A stretch of 32,000 nucleotides of DNA from an uncultured Candidatus Neoarthromitus sp. (lineage in GTDB: Bacteria > Bacillota > Clostridia > Clostridiales > Clostridiaceae), in assembly GCA_937890765.1 (NCBI GenBank), contig CALADQ010000003.1, forward strand, positions 68,461 to 100,460, given 5' to 3'. The notes below the pieces were generated by a model that did no database searches, was not told the DNA's origin, and worked only from the letters and a program-made list of their open reading frames with translations. Below, piece after piece: positions 18,049 to 30,024 of the stretch (position 1 is the stretch's first letter; each line of letters starts with the position of its first letter). The translations under genes and the position numbers were made by a program.

Positions 18049-18268
18049 AATACTATACCTCCATTTCCTCGTATTTAAAAAAATATCTATACAAAATTTT
18101 AAAGAAAACACCTCCCAAAATTTAAACCTTACCAAATCATGAAATTAAACACTTAAATTTTTACATTGTTATGTAAAATTAAATATTCTTAAATTTTTGT
18201 ATCAACAATTAATATTATTAATATTTTTTTTTATTTTATTCGCATTTAGTTTATATTTATAAAAAACA

Positions 18269-18306
18269 AAAAAGAGATAAGGAATAAAATAACCTTATCT
18301 CTTTTT
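18269..18306 (-). terminator. Rho-independent terminator of the tmRNA gene
   Basis: AAAAAGAGATAAGG / CCTTATCTCTTTTT perfect 14-bp stem followed on the minus strand by TGTTTTTTATAA. Confidence 0.88.
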
Positions 18307-18330
18307 ATAAATACAAATTTTAAAAAATCT

Positions 18331-18688
18331 TGGTGGAGGCGAGGGGAGTCGAACCCCTGTCCGAAAGCAGTCATCTTCAAACCTCTCCGAGTGCAGTCTG
18401 CGATTAAAATTCCCTTAATTCTCTTTCGCAAACACAATTGAATTAAAGTAGCTTCATAAATTACAATTTTTTAGGCAAAGCTTACTAAAAAATCGTCCCT
18501 ACTTCATTTGACACCCTTTTCTACGCCGTAGGAATCATAGAAAGGATGAAGCTGCGTTTAATTAAGCAGCTTGTAAACTATAATTATTGTCGTTTACTTT
18601 TTCTCCAAAGTTTTTTAAAAGGTACTTTGGAAAACTTTACTCGCTATTTGAAAACTCCATTACCCCCGTCGAAACCAAGTACGCCCCC
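18331..18688 (-). ncRNA. ssrA: Transfer-messenger RNA (tmRNA)
   Basis: 5' GGGGGCGTACTTGGTTTCGACGGGGGTAATGG and 3' CAGGGGTTCGACTCCCCTCGCCTCCACCA; acceptor stem GGGGGCG/CGCCTCC pairs; tag ORF present; next to smpB. Confidence 0.95.
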
Positions 18689-18717
18689 TTGTAAATAAAC
18701 AAACTAAACCGAAATTT

Positions 18718-18746
18718 ATTATACCATTTTTACAAACCATTTTCAA
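18718..18746 (-). promoter_or_regulatory. Promoter of ssrA
   Basis: Minus strand TTGAAA-17 nt (ATGGTTTGTAAAAATGG)-TATAAT immediately upstream of tmRNA. Confidence 0.75.
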
Positions 18747-18767
18747 TAAAACTCATTACTAAAATGA

Positions 18768-19235
18768 CTATCTATACTTTTCCTTCATAGCTCTAGCTAT
18801 ATCACGTTTATGCTCTTTCTCTAGCATTGAATCTCTTTTATCATAATTCTTTTTACCTTTACAAAGAGCAACATTTACTTTAATCCTTCCATTTTTCAGA
18901 TATAAACTAGTTGGAACTATGGCGTAACCTTCTTGACTTTTCTTCCCAAAAAGTTTCATAAGTTCCTTTTTATGAAGTAAAAGCTTCCTATCTCTTATAG
19001 GATTTCTGTTAAATATGTTTCCCTTTTCGTAGGGAGATATATTCATGTTTATTATATATAATTCCCCATTTTTAAAAACACCATAGCTGTCTTTTAAATT
19101 AACTTTTCCACCTCTTATGGACTTTACTTCCGTGCCAACTAAAACTATTCCCGCCTCATAATTTTCTTCAATAAAATAATCATGAAACGCCTTTTTGTTT
19201 TGTGCAATAGTCGAAGAAGATTTTTTTGAACTCAT
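18768..19235 (-). CDS. smpB: SsrA-binding protein
   Basis: 155 aa; [91 protein letters not shown]. Confidence 0.97.
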   Translation of the reverse strand: MSSKKSSSTIAQNKKAFHDYFIEENYEAGIVLVGTEVKSIRGGKVNLKDSYGVFKNGELYIINMNISPYEKGNIFNRNPIRDRKLLLHKKELMKLFGKKSQEGYAIVPTSLYLKNGRIKVNVALCKGKKNYDKRDSMLEKEHKRDIARAMKEKYR

Positions 19236-19260
19236 AAAATTTCCCTCCTCTATTTTAAAT

Positions 19261-21336
19261 TTATGCTAAAACAAAATAAATTTCGTTAATATCCAAAATA
19301 ACATTGCTCACTTTAACATTTATCTTCATTCCAATTTTAAATTCCCTTTTGCTAAATTCACCAATTAAACGCATGTTCTTTTCATCAAAATAATAATTGT
19401 CATTTTCTAAATCATTAATGTGAACAAGTCCCCTAATAGTGTTGTTAAGCTCAACAAAAAAACCAAAATTTTTAACCGAACTTATTATTCCTACATATTC
19501 ATTTCCTATTTTATCATTCATAAATTCTGCTTTCTTTATATCGTAAACTTCTCGTTCAATTTCTTCTGCTTCCCTTTCTTTTATAGAAGAATTTTCACAA
19601 GCTAAAGCAACTTCCTCCTTAAGAGTTGAAACAAGTTTGTCTTTAAACTTTCCACGTATAGAAAGTTTTATAATTCTATGAATTAATAAATCTGGATACC
19701 TTCTTATAGGAGAAGTAAAATGACAATAGTATTTTGTAGAAAGTCCAAAATGCCCCAAACATTCAGGAGAATATCTCGCCTTTGCCATACTCCTTAAAAT
19801 TAATTTACTTAAAAATATTTCTTCATCCTTACCTTTAAAATTATTTAAAACCTTTTGAAGCTGATTGGAATAGATTTTATTATTTATTTTTAAGCTGTAA
19901 TCTAAATTGTTTAAAATGTCAACTAACTCATATATTTTTTCCATGTCTGGCTCTTCGTGAACTCTATAAGCAAATGGATAACCTAAAAAGTACATATGCT
20001 CTGCAATTGTTTCATTACATAAAAGCATAAACTCTTCTATAATTTGGTGAGAAAAACTTCTATCAAATGGAATAACATCAACAGGACAATTATTTTTATC
20101 TAAAATTATTTTACATTCTGTAAAATCTAAATTTATAGCTCCTCGCCCTTCTCTTTTTAAATTTAAAATTTTCGCTAAGTCCCTCATGTTAAAAATCATT
20201 TCTTCTATATCTTTAAACTCATGATTCTTACAATCTAAAATTTCTTGAACCTCATCATAAGTTAACCTATATTTTGTGTTAATCACACTTTCAAAAATGT
20301 CATAGCTAATAACTTCACCTTTTTTATTAACTACCATTTCACAACTTAAAGTTAATTTATCCGTATTAGGATTTAAAGAACACAAATCATTTGATAATTT
20401 TTCTGGAAGCATAGGTATAACTTCATTTATCAAATAAACGGAAGTTCCCCTTTTAAAAGCCTCTTTATCTAAATTTGTTCCATATTGAACATAATGAGAT
20501 ACATCTGCTATATGTACACCTAATTTATAATTTTCACCTTCTTTAGATACGAAAACACCATCATCTAAATCCTTAGCATCAGACCCATCAATTGTAACAA
20601 TTGAAAGTTCCCTTAAATCCCTTCGCTTCTTCAAAATATTTTCGCCTATTTCCTCTTGTATTTTATCTAAATCCTTTTTGACTTTATTGGGAAAATTTTT
20701 GTTCAAATCATACTTCTTAATAAGGGTTAAAATATTTATATTTTTATCGTCTTTCCTTCCTAAAACTTCTGAAATAATTCCCTCAGGTTTTTTATTTCCA
20801 TCAGGCCACTTGTTTATAGAAACTAAAACAATATCCCCATCTTTCGCTTTAAGCTTAAACTTTTTAGGAATGTATATATCATAACCTATGTTATAATTTT
20901 TCGGCACAACGAAACCAAAAGATTTTGAACACTGATATTCTCCTATTATTTTTTTGTTATTTCTCTCAACAACATAAACAACTTCTCCAACTTTTCTAGA
21001 CTCAGAACATTTATTATCAATAAGTTTAACAATAACTTTGTCGGAATCCATAGCACCATTGCCATCATTTTTTCCTATAAAAATATCTCGTTCATCTTTC
21101 ATAAGCAAAAATCCAAAACCTTTTCTAGTTCCTTCATAAACGCCAAAATAAATATTTTCATCAATTGATTTTACAAATTTGCCTTCCTTATTTTTAAAAA
21201 TAATTTTCTCTTTTTGAAGCTTATCCAAATTCTTGTTAAATGTTTTTCTATCACTAACATTAATTATCTTTAAAAATTCCTTATAACTTACTTCCTCATT
21301 ATCAACATAAATTAGTTTAAGCATTTTATCTATCAT
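19261..21336 (-). CDS. rnr: Ribonuclease R
   Basis: 691 aa; [47 protein letters not shown]-terminal S1 domain ([28 protein letters not shown]). Confidence 0.96.
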   Translation of the reverse strand: MIDKMLKLIYVDNEEVSYKEFLKIINVSDRKTFNKNLDKLQKEKIIFKNKEGKFVKSIDENIYFGVYEGTRKGFGFLLMKDERDIFIGKNDGNGAMDSDKVIVKLIDNKCSESRKVGEVVYVVERNNKKIIGEYQCSKSFGFVVPKNYNIGYDIYIPKKFKLKAKDGDIVLVSINKWPDGNKKPEGIISEVLGRKDDKNINILTLIKKYDLNKNFPNKVKKDLDKIQEEIGENILKKRRDLRELSIVTIDGSDAKDLDDGVFVSKEGENYKLGVHIADVSHYVQYGTNLDKEAFKRGTSVYLINEVIPMLPEKLSNDLCSLNPNTDKLTLSCEMVVNKKGEVISYDIFESVINTKYRLTYDEVQEILDCKNHEFKDIEEMIFNMRDLAKILNLKREGRGAINLDFTECKIILDKNNCPVDVIPFDRSFSHQIIEEFMLLCNETIAEHMYFLGYPFAYRVHEEPDMEKIYELVDILNNLDYSLKINNKIYSNQLQKVLNNFKGKDEEIFLSKLILRSMAKARYSPECLGHFGLSTKYYCHFTSPIRRYPDLLIHRIIKLSIRGKFKDKLVSTLKEEVALACENSSIKEREAEEIEREVYDIKKAEFMNDKIGNEYVGIISSVKNFGFFVELNNTIRGLVHINDLENDNYYFDEKNMRLIGEFSKREFKIGMKINVKVSNVILDINEIYFVLA

Positions 21337-21371
21337 AACTTTTGAAATTAAACTCCTTCATATAATAAAAA

Positions 21372-21422
21372 AAATCAAAAGCTTTATTTAAACTAAAACA
21401 TAATCTAAATAAAGTTTGATTT
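21372..21422 (-). terminator. Terminator/attenuator between secG and rnr
   Basis: Minus strand AAATCAAACTTTATTTA...TAAATAAAG(CT)TTTGATTT (17 bp with 2-nt bulge) followed by TTTTTTTTATTATA. Confidence 0.65.
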
Positions 21423-21436
21423 TAAAATAATTCTGT

Positions 21437-21667
21437 TTACAACAAAGTATTTATTAAAATAGTATTAAGCCCAAATAACACAGCAAATATAACAGTCCAT
21501 TTAACTAACTTCGCTTCCCTAGTTTTAGACTTGTTTTTATTAAAAAATGTCTCTTGTGCACCTGTCATAAATCCTTTAAGCCCATCAGCTTTACTCGGTT
21601 GCATTAAAATTAAAATAAGAAGTGCCACAACCAAAAAGAACTGAATTCCATAAAGAACTTCCTTCAT
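21437..21667 (-). CDS. secG: Preprotein translocase subunit SecG
   Basis: 76 aa; QFFLVVALLILILMQPSKADGLKGFMTGAQETFFNKNKSKTREAKLVKWTVIFAVLFG; conserved position upstream of rnr-smpB. Confidence 0.93.
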   Translation of the reverse strand: MKEVLYGIQFFLVVALLILILMQPSKADGLKGFMTGAQETFFNKNKSKTREAKLVKWTVIFAVLFGLNTILINTLL

Positions 21668-21681
21668 AAAACCTCACCACC

Positions 21682-22461
21682 TTACATTAATTTGATTATA
21701 CTATGAATAACTTGTTCAATAGATAGCTCATCTACATTTATTTCATAATCTTTAACTTTAGAGTAAATCTCCCCACGAGCTTTCATAAATTTTTGTATGT
21801 AATTTAAATTTAAATTTTGTCTAAGCATAGGCCTAACCTTCTTGCTACGCCTTAAATTATACAACACATTTTCGGGAGAAGATTTTAAATATATTAGCTT
21901 TCCAGTGGCCTTGAGATTATTTACATTCGCCTTGCTTATAACACTTCCACCACCTGTTGAAATAACACCTCTAAAATCCTTAAAACAACTTCTAATGACT
22001 TCACTCTCAACTTTTCTAAAATATTCTTCACCTAATTTATCGAATATTTCTCCAACTTTCATCATAACTCTTTTTTCAATTTGATAATCAGTATCTAAAA
22101 ATTTAACTCCTATTTTCTTAGATAAAATTCGCCCAATTGTAGTTTTACCACAACCCATGAAACCAATTAACACAATATTTTTTTTGTAAATCTTGCCATA
22201 CTGAACATCCCTACTAACTTTAGTTACAAAATTTATTATCTCCCTAAAGTCATCCTCGTGATATTTTTTCAAATAAGTATGACGCATGTTTCCTATAAAA
22301 TTATCGCATACATATGCTTCACGCTCTCTATCTAAAATAGGTTTTTTATTTTTACATTTATAATTAGCAACTTTAAGAACGCAATTATATCTCTGTTCTA
22401 AAATCCTCAGCAACTTGTAATCACACCAAAGAATTTTATCCCTACAATTATCTAAATCCAT
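21682..22461 (-). CDS. aroK: Fusion of AroQ-type chorismate mutase domain (N-terminal) and shikimate kinase (C-terminal)
   Basis: N-terminal about 90 aa: LDNCRDKILWCDYKLLRILEQRYNCVLKVANYKCKNKKPILDREREAYV...SRDVQYG (CM type II pattern); C-terminal: NIVLIGFMGCGKTTIGRILSKKIGVKFLDTDYQIE...STGGGSVI (shikimate kinase). Confidence 0.85.
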   Translation of the reverse strand: MDLDNCRDKILWCDYKLLRILEQRYNCVLKVANYKCKNKKPILDREREAYVCDNFIGNMRHTYLKKYHEDDFREIINFVTKVSRDVQYGKIYKKNIVLIGFMGCGKTTIGRILSKKIGVKFLDTDYQIEKRVMMKVGEIFDKLGEEYFRKVESEVIRSCFKDFRGVISTGGGSVISKANVNNLKATGKLIYLKSSPENVLYNLRRSKKVRPMLRQNLNLNYIQKFMKARGEIYSKVKDYEINVDELSIEQVIHSIIKLM

Positions 22462-22471
22462 TTTAAAACCT

Positions 22472-22903
22472 CTAAAACATTTGTCCTAAAGCATTGAGTG
22501 CGAGAACGTAAGAATTTTTTCCAAAACCCGATATTTGACCAATACACCCTTTAGCTATAACACTCCTACATCTAAAGTCTTCCCTATTAAAAATATTTGA
22601 TAAGTGTACTTCTACAAACTTTTTGTTAACAGAAAGTATAGAATCGTATATGGCATAACTATAATGAGTAAAAGCACCAGGATTTATTATAAAACCATCG
22701 TAATTTTCATGCTCTTGTTGAATTTTATCTATTATATCTCCTTCGTGATTACTTTGATAAAAATCCGTATGTATAGAAATTTTCATCCCTTCTTCATAAA
22801 CATACCTATTAATATCATCCAAACTCTCGCCACCATAAATATGTTTCTCGCGCTTACCTAAAAAATTTAAATTAGCTCCATTTATAACAAGTACCTTCTT
22901 CAA
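22472..22903 (-). CDS. aroQ: 3-dehydroquinate dehydratase type II
   Basis: 143 aa; KKVLVINGANLNFLGKREKHIYGGESLDDI, FYQSNHEGDIIDKI, GFIINPGAFTHYSYAIYDSI, EVHLSNIFNREDFR. Confidence 0.95.
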   Translation of the reverse strand: MKKVLVINGANLNFLGKREKHIYGGESLDDINRYVYEEGMKISIHTDFYQSNHEGDIIDKIQQEHENYDGFIINPGAFTHYSYAIYDSILSVNKKFVEVHLSNIFNREDFRCRSVIAKGCIGQISGFGKNSYVLALNALGQMF

Positions 22904-23752
22904 TTAAGCCTCCGTTAAAAATTTTTTGAACAACTCATAAAGCTCATTAACATCTTCCTCTTTAATGGTTTTGTTTCTCCAAATTTCTTGAGATTTTATT
23001 CCTTGATAAAAAAGCATATCACTTCCATCTATTATTTTAACATTTTCATTTTGAAATTCACACAAAAAAGGAGTCATGCCATCTTTATCATAATTTAAAT
23101 CATAAACAAAATCCGAAATACTCAAATCGCTAAAATTAAATTCACTAAAGCTACTTAAATAAGAACTCGTTGCATTTATAATTCCAAAATAATCTCCCTT
23201 AATTTTATCAAAAGGAACAATGTCAAGCTCATATCCATCGCAAACGCTAGAAGCAAATTGTTTAAGAGTCATTAATTTTTCAAAATCCCTCGCACCAACA
23301 ACAACCTTTGCATTTAAAGAACACAAAGTATTCACAACAACTTTTGAAACAGCTCCACTTCCCAAAACCAAAATACTTTTTCCCTCAATCTCATTTTTAA
23401 AATCACCAAGGCCTTTTAAAAATCCATAACCATCCGTATTAAATCCATAGCTTTTTCCACCAATAACTTTTACAGTGTTTACACTTCCAACTTTTTTTGC
23501 AAAATCATCTAACTCATCCAAATATTTTATAATGTTACTCTTATGAGGAGAGGTAACATTAAATCCTCTAAAATTACTCTTAAGCAAACTAAAATTATAA
23601 ACAAGACCGTCTGAAGTAATTTTAAGCTTTGAGTATATTTTGTTTTTATCTCCGAAATAATCGAAAATAATTTTATGTAAAAAAGGAGAAATACTATGCT
23701 GTATCGGATCACCTATAACAGCGTATTGCTCAAAATCAATCATAAAACTCAT
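22904..23752 (-). CDS. aroE: Shikimate dehydrogenase
   Basis: 282 aa; AVIGDPIQHSISPFLHKIIF, FRGFNVTSPHKSNI, GYNTDGYGFLKGL (as FNTDGYGFLKGL), ILVLGSGAVSKVVV, GSDMLFYQGIKSQEIW. Confidence 0.94.
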   Translation of the reverse strand: MSFMIDFEQYAVIGDPIQHSISPFLHKIIFDYFGDKNKIYSKLKITSDGLVYNFSLLKSNFRGFNVTSPHKSNIIKYLDELDDFAKKVGSVNTVKVIGGKSYGFNTDGYGFLKGLGDFKNEIEGKSILVLGSGAVSKVVVNTLCSLNAKVVVGARDFEKLMTLKQFASSVCDGYELDIVPFDKIKGDYFGIINATSSYLSSFSEFNFSDLSISDFVYDLNYDKDGMTPFLCEFQNENVKIIDGSDMLFYQGIKSQEIWRNKTIKEEDVNELYELFKKFLTEA

Positions 23753-24017
23753 TACAATCTCCTTAAAAGCACTATTATACTTTTATTAAATGCAAACTAT
23801 TTTTCTTAAACATCTTTAAAAAAATAATATCACAAATAAAACTTAAAATAAATAACATTTAAATTTCAATTATTTTTTATAATACTCATAAAAAGTATAA
23901 CTTTTTTAAATGTTTTTTATTCAAAAAGCCAATCGATATATAAGATAAACCTTATATTATTTTTATAAAAATATATTTCCTTCAAAACAAACCTTTATCC
24001 TTTTAAATTTTAAAAAC

Positions 24018-24046
24018 AAAAAAATACGGAGAAAATTTTTCTCCGC
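24018..24046 (-). terminator. Terminator at the end of the glycolytic cluster, downstream of eno
   Basis: Minus strand CGGAGAAA...TTTCTCCG followed by TATTTTTTTG. Confidence 0.75.
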
Positions 24047-24061
24047 ATAAAACATAAATAT

Positions 24062-25384
<1,323 letters not shown>

Positions 25385-25393
25385 CTATAGTTA

Positions 25394-26929
25394 TTATTTA
25401 GTATTGTAAACTAAATTATCCCCACTAATTTCCTTTGGTATCTCCATACCCATAACAGTCAAAATAGTAGGAGCTATATCTGCAAGTTTACCTTCTTCTC
25501 TTAATTTAATTCCATCACATTTTCCACTTACATAAATAAATGGAACCTTATTACAAGTATGTGAAGTAACAGGACCTCCCTTTTCATCTACCATACTTTC
25601 TACATTACCGTGATCTGCTGTTATAAACATAATATCTCCATGCTCTAGAACTTTTTTCTCAATTTTCCCTATAGCAAAATCCACTGCCTCAACAGCTTTA
25701 ACTGCCGCATCAAAATCTCCAGTATGACCAACCATATCAGAATTCGCAATGTTACAAACTATAACATCATACTTTCTACTTTCTATTTGCTCTATTAAAT
25801 TATCTGTAAGTTCAGGTAAACTCATCTCAGGTTTCAAATCATAAGTCTTAACATTCGGTGAAGGAATTAAAATTCTATCCTCTCCTTCATATGAAGTTTC
25901 AACACCACCACTGAAGAAGAAAGTAACATGAGCATATTTTTCAGTTTCCGCAATTCTAAGTTGAGTTTTACCATTTTTGCTTAAATACTCACCTAAAGTA
26001 TTAGGATAATTTTCTGGTTTAAACGCAACTAAAACTCCCTTTAAATTTTTATCAAAAACAGTCATACAAACAAAAGTTAAATTTATATCTTCCGTTTTAA
26101 AATGCTCGAAATTTTTATCAATTATAGCGTAAGTAAGTTGTCTAGCTCTATCTGGCCTAAAATTACAAAATATACAAGAATCCCCTGATTTTAAATTACT
26201 ATCTTTTTTAATTATAGTCGGTAAAATAAATTCATCTGTAATTCCATTATTATAATAATTTTTTATAACTTCAACAGGATCTTCTCCTATTTTTTCTTCT
26301 CCTATTCCCTTTACAATTGCATTATAACAAGATTCAACTCTATCCCATCTCTTATCTCTATCCATTGAATAATATCTTCCAGATATAGTTGAAACTTCAC
26401 CGTAAGAAATTTCCTTCATGTAACTTAAAAGTTCTTCCATATAACCTGCACCAGAAGTTGGAGAAACATCTCTTCCATCCATAAAACAATGAACTAAAGT
26501 TGTACCAACTCCTCTATCTTTAGCAAGCTTAATAACAGCTTTTAGATGATTAATATGCGAATGAACGCCTCCATCAGAAACCAATCCCATAACGTGTAAA
26601 TTAGATTTGTTTTTTAAACAATTGTCAATGGCAGCATTTAAGGACTCATTATTAAAAAAATTGCCGTCTTCAATTTCTTTAGTTATTCTCGTTAACTCTT
26701 GATAAATAATTCTACCAGCACCAATGTTTAAATGTCCAACTTCTGAATTTCCCATTTGCCCTTCAGGTAAACCAACTTTTAAACCACTAGCATATAAACT
26801 CGTATTAGGATATGATTTTAAAATCCTATCAATATTAACCGTGTTTGCCTTACAAACCGCATTTCCTTCCTTTTTATCTGATATGCCATATCCATCTAAT
26901 ATTACTAAAACGCAGGAATTTTTTGACAT
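25394..26929 (-). CDS. gpmI: 2,3-bisphosphoglycerate-independent phosphoglycerate mutase
   Basis: 511 aa; VLVILDGYGISDKKEGNAV, MGNSEVGHLNIGAGRIIYQ, HCFMDGRDVSPTSG, FITADHGNVE. Confidence 0.98.
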   Translation of the reverse strand: MSKNSCVLVILDGYGISDKKEGNAVCKANTVNIDRILKSYPNTSLYASGLKVGLPEGQMGNSEVGHLNIGAGRIIYQELTRITKEIEDGNFFNNESLNAAIDNCLKNKSNLHVMGLVSDGGVHSHINHLKAVIKLAKDRGVGTTLVHCFMDGRDVSPTSGAGYMEELLSYMKEISYGEVSTISGRYYSMDRDKRWDRVESCYNAIVKGIGEEKIGEDPVEVIKNYYNNGITDEFILPTIIKKDSNLKSGDSCIFCNFRPDRARQLTYAIIDKNFEHFKTEDINLTFVCMTVFDKNLKGVLVAFKPENYPNTLGEYLSKNGKTQLRIAETEKYAHVTFFFSGGVETSYEGEDRILIPSPNVKTYDLKPEMSLPELTDNLIEQIESRKYDVIVCNIANSDMVGHTGDFDAAVKAVEAVDFAIGKIEKKVLEHGDIMFITADHGNVESMVDEKGGPVTSHTCNKVPFIYVSGKCDGIKLREEGKLADIAPTILTVMGMEIPKEISGDNLVYNTK

Positions 26930-26940
26930 GATACCTCCTC

Positions 26941-27687
26941 CTAAAACTTAACAATCATTTCAAAATCATTTTCAACAAGGCTCGCTCCACCAACTAAAGC
27001 TCCATCTATATTTTTCATAGACATTTGTTCCTTTATAGTAGTTGGTTTAACAGAACCTCCATATAATATTACAACATTTTCGCTTACTTTTTCATCATAA
27101 ATATCTTTAAGTACACTTCTAATAAATCCTATTGTGTCATCTGCCTCTTGACTTGTAGCAGTTTTTCCTGTTCCAATTGCCCATATTGGCTCATAAGCTA
27201 TAACAACTTTTTCACATTCTTCTTTTGAAACATTTTTAAAATCTTTCTCCAATTGACCTCTTAAAACATTTTCCATGTTTCCAGATTCTCTTTCTTCTAA
27301 AGTTTCACCAACGCACAAAATAGGAGTAAACCCATATTTCAAACAAGTAAAAATTTTCTTGTTAATGTCCTCATCTTTTTCGCAAAAGTAAGTTCTTCTT
27401 TCACTATGTCCAAGTATTACATAACTAACTTCCAAATCTTTAAGCATCTCAGGAGAAATTTCTCCAGTGAAAGCTCCCTTTTCTTCAAAATATATATTTT
27501 GAGCTCCCAATTTTACATTTGAACCTTTTAAAATTTCTCTCGCAGCCTCAAGAGATGTAAAAGGAGGACAAACTACAACCTCGCATTTTGCATCTCTTAA
27601 TTTAGGAAGCAACGAACTTAAAAATTTTCTCGTCTCACTAGCTGAAAAATTCATTTTCCAATTACCAGCTATGATATTTTTTCTCAT
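26941..27687 (-). CDS. tpiA: Triosephosphate isomerase (start adjusted to MRKNIIAGNWKMN; ORF track start 27696)
   Basis: RKNIIAGNWKMNFSASE, YVILGHSERRTYFCE, VVIAYEPIWAIGTGKTA, ILYGGSV. Confidence 0.97.
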   Translation of the reverse strand: MRKNIIAGNWKMNFSASETRKFLSSLLPKLRDAKCEVVVCPPFTSLEAAREILKGSNVKLGAQNIYFEEKGAFTGEISPEMLKDLEVSYVILGHSERRTYFCEKDEDINKKIFTCLKYGFTPILCVGETLEERESGNMENVLRGQLEKDFKNVSKEECEKVVIAYEPIWAIGTGKTATSQEADDTIGFIRSVLKDIYDEKVSENVVILYGGSVKPTTIKEQMSMKNIDGALVGGASLVENDFEMIVKF

Positions 27688-27708
27688 AAAAATCAAAACT
27701 CCTAAAAT

Positions 27709-28902
27709 TTATTTATCATTTAAAGCAACTATACCTGGCAATTCCTTTCCCTCTAAAAACTCAAGAGAAGCTCCACCACCAGTTGATATATGACTCATTT
27801 TGTCCCCAAAACCTAAAATGTTAACAGCTGCCGCAGAATCTCCACCACCTATTATTGTAGTTGCATTAGATTCAGCCATAGCCTTAGCAACTCCTATGGT
27901 GCCTTTGTTAAAATTAGAAAACTCAAAAACTCCCATAGGGCCATTCCAAATTATTGTTTTGGCATCTTTTAAAACCTCTGAAAATAATTTACAAGTTTTA
28001 GGCCCAATATCTAATCCCATAAAATCATCTGGAATATTTTGATCATCAGTCATTTTTCTAACTGCATCATTATCAAATTTATCTGCAATAACATAGTCAA
28101 GTGGTAAAAGAAATTTTACCCCTTTGCTTTTAGCTTTTTCAATCATTTCTATAGCGTAAGAAATTTTATCTTCCTCTAGAAGACTCGTTCCAATTGTGTA
28201 TCCCAAAGCTTTCGAAAAAGTGTAAGACATTCCTCCACCTATTATTAAAGTATCAACTTTGTCCAAAAGATTATTTATAACATTTATTTTGTCAGATACT
28301 TTCGCCCCTCCAAGAATTGCTACAAAAGGTCTATTTGGATTTGAAACAGCTTCACCTAAAAATTTAAGTTCGTTTTGAATTAAAAATCCACAAACGCATT
28401 TATCAACAAATTTAGTAACTCCAACAGTCGAACAATGAGCTCTATGTGCAGTTCCAAAAGCATCGTTAACAAAAACATCGCATATGGAAGCTAAATCTTT
28501 TGAAAACGAATCTTCACACTTTCCTTCTTCAGGTCTGAATCTGGTATTTTCAAGAAGAATTATCTCTCCTTCTTTCATTTTGCTTACTTCATTTCTAACA
28601 TTATCATCAACAACTAAATCACTTTGAACAAACTTAACATCCATATTAAGCAATTGGCTTAGCCTATCTCCAACAATTTTCAAACTCTTAGAAGAATCTG
28701 GCCCTTTTACTTTTCCTAGATGAGAGCAAAGAATAACTTTACCATTATTTTCAACAACGTATTTTATAGTATCAAGAGCACCAATTAATCTATTTTCATC
28801 TGTTATTTTTCCATCTATAATAGGAACGTTAAAATCGCATCTTATTAAAACTCTCTTACCTTTTAATTGAACATCTTCTACACTTTTTTTATTTAAAGCC
28901 AT
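27709..28902 (-). CDS. pgk: Phosphoglycerate kinase (start adjusted to MALNKKS; ORF track start 28935)
   Basis: [74 protein letters not shown]. Confidence 0.98.
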   Translation of the reverse strand: MALNKKSVEDVQLKGKRVLIRCDFNVPIIDGKITDENRLIGALDTIKYVVENNGKVILCSHLGKVKGPDSSKSLKIVGDRLSQLLNMDVKFVQSDLVVDDNVRNEVSKMKEGEIILLENTRFRPEEGKCEDSFSKDLASICDVFVNDAFGTAHRAHCSTVGVTKFVDKCVCGFLIQNELKFLGEAVSNPNRPFVAILGGAKVSDKINVINNLLDKVDTLIIGGGMSYTFSKALGYTIGTSLLEEDKISYAIEMIEKAKSKGVKFLLPLDYVIADKFDNDAVRKMTDDQNIPDDFMGLDIGPKTCKLFSEVLKDAKTIIWNGPMGVFEFSNFNKGTIGVAKAMAESNATTIIGGGDSAAAVNILGFGDKMSHISTGGGASLEFLEGKELPGIVALNDK

Positions 28903-28934
28903 AAAAACACTCCCTAAAACTGTAATATCAATCA

Positions 28935-28968
28935 AAGGCTGATCTTAAAATTACTCAAAATCAGCCTT
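28935..28968 (-). other. Intercistronic hairpin between gap and pgk
   Basis: AAGGCTGAT (28935-28943) / ATCAGCCTT (28960-28968), perfect 9-bp stem, 16-nt loop, no convincing U-tract. Confidence 0.6.
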
Positions 28969-28977
28969 AAATAAATT

Positions 28978-30012
<1,035 letters not shown>

Positions 30013-30024
30013 TCAAAATATAAA

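Noticed and set aside
18331-18363. T-loop-plus-CCA motif that could be read as a tRNA gene
   Set aside because: It pairs with the GGGGGCG 5' end 350 nt away at 18688; this is the tRNA-like domain of tmRNA, not a separate tRNA.
18246-18437. 63-aa ORF (MCLRKRIKGILIADCTRRGLKMTAFGQGFDSPRL...)
   Set aside because: It lies over the 3' end of tmRNA and its terminator; FDSPRL is the T-loop GTTCGACTCCCCTC region translated. Not a protein gene.
23960-24000. Riboswitch or T-box in the aroE/eno intergenic region
   Set aside because: No T-box TGGNACCGCG-like sequence or recognisable riboswitch core; only AT-rich sequence with a short weak dyad and the eno terminator.
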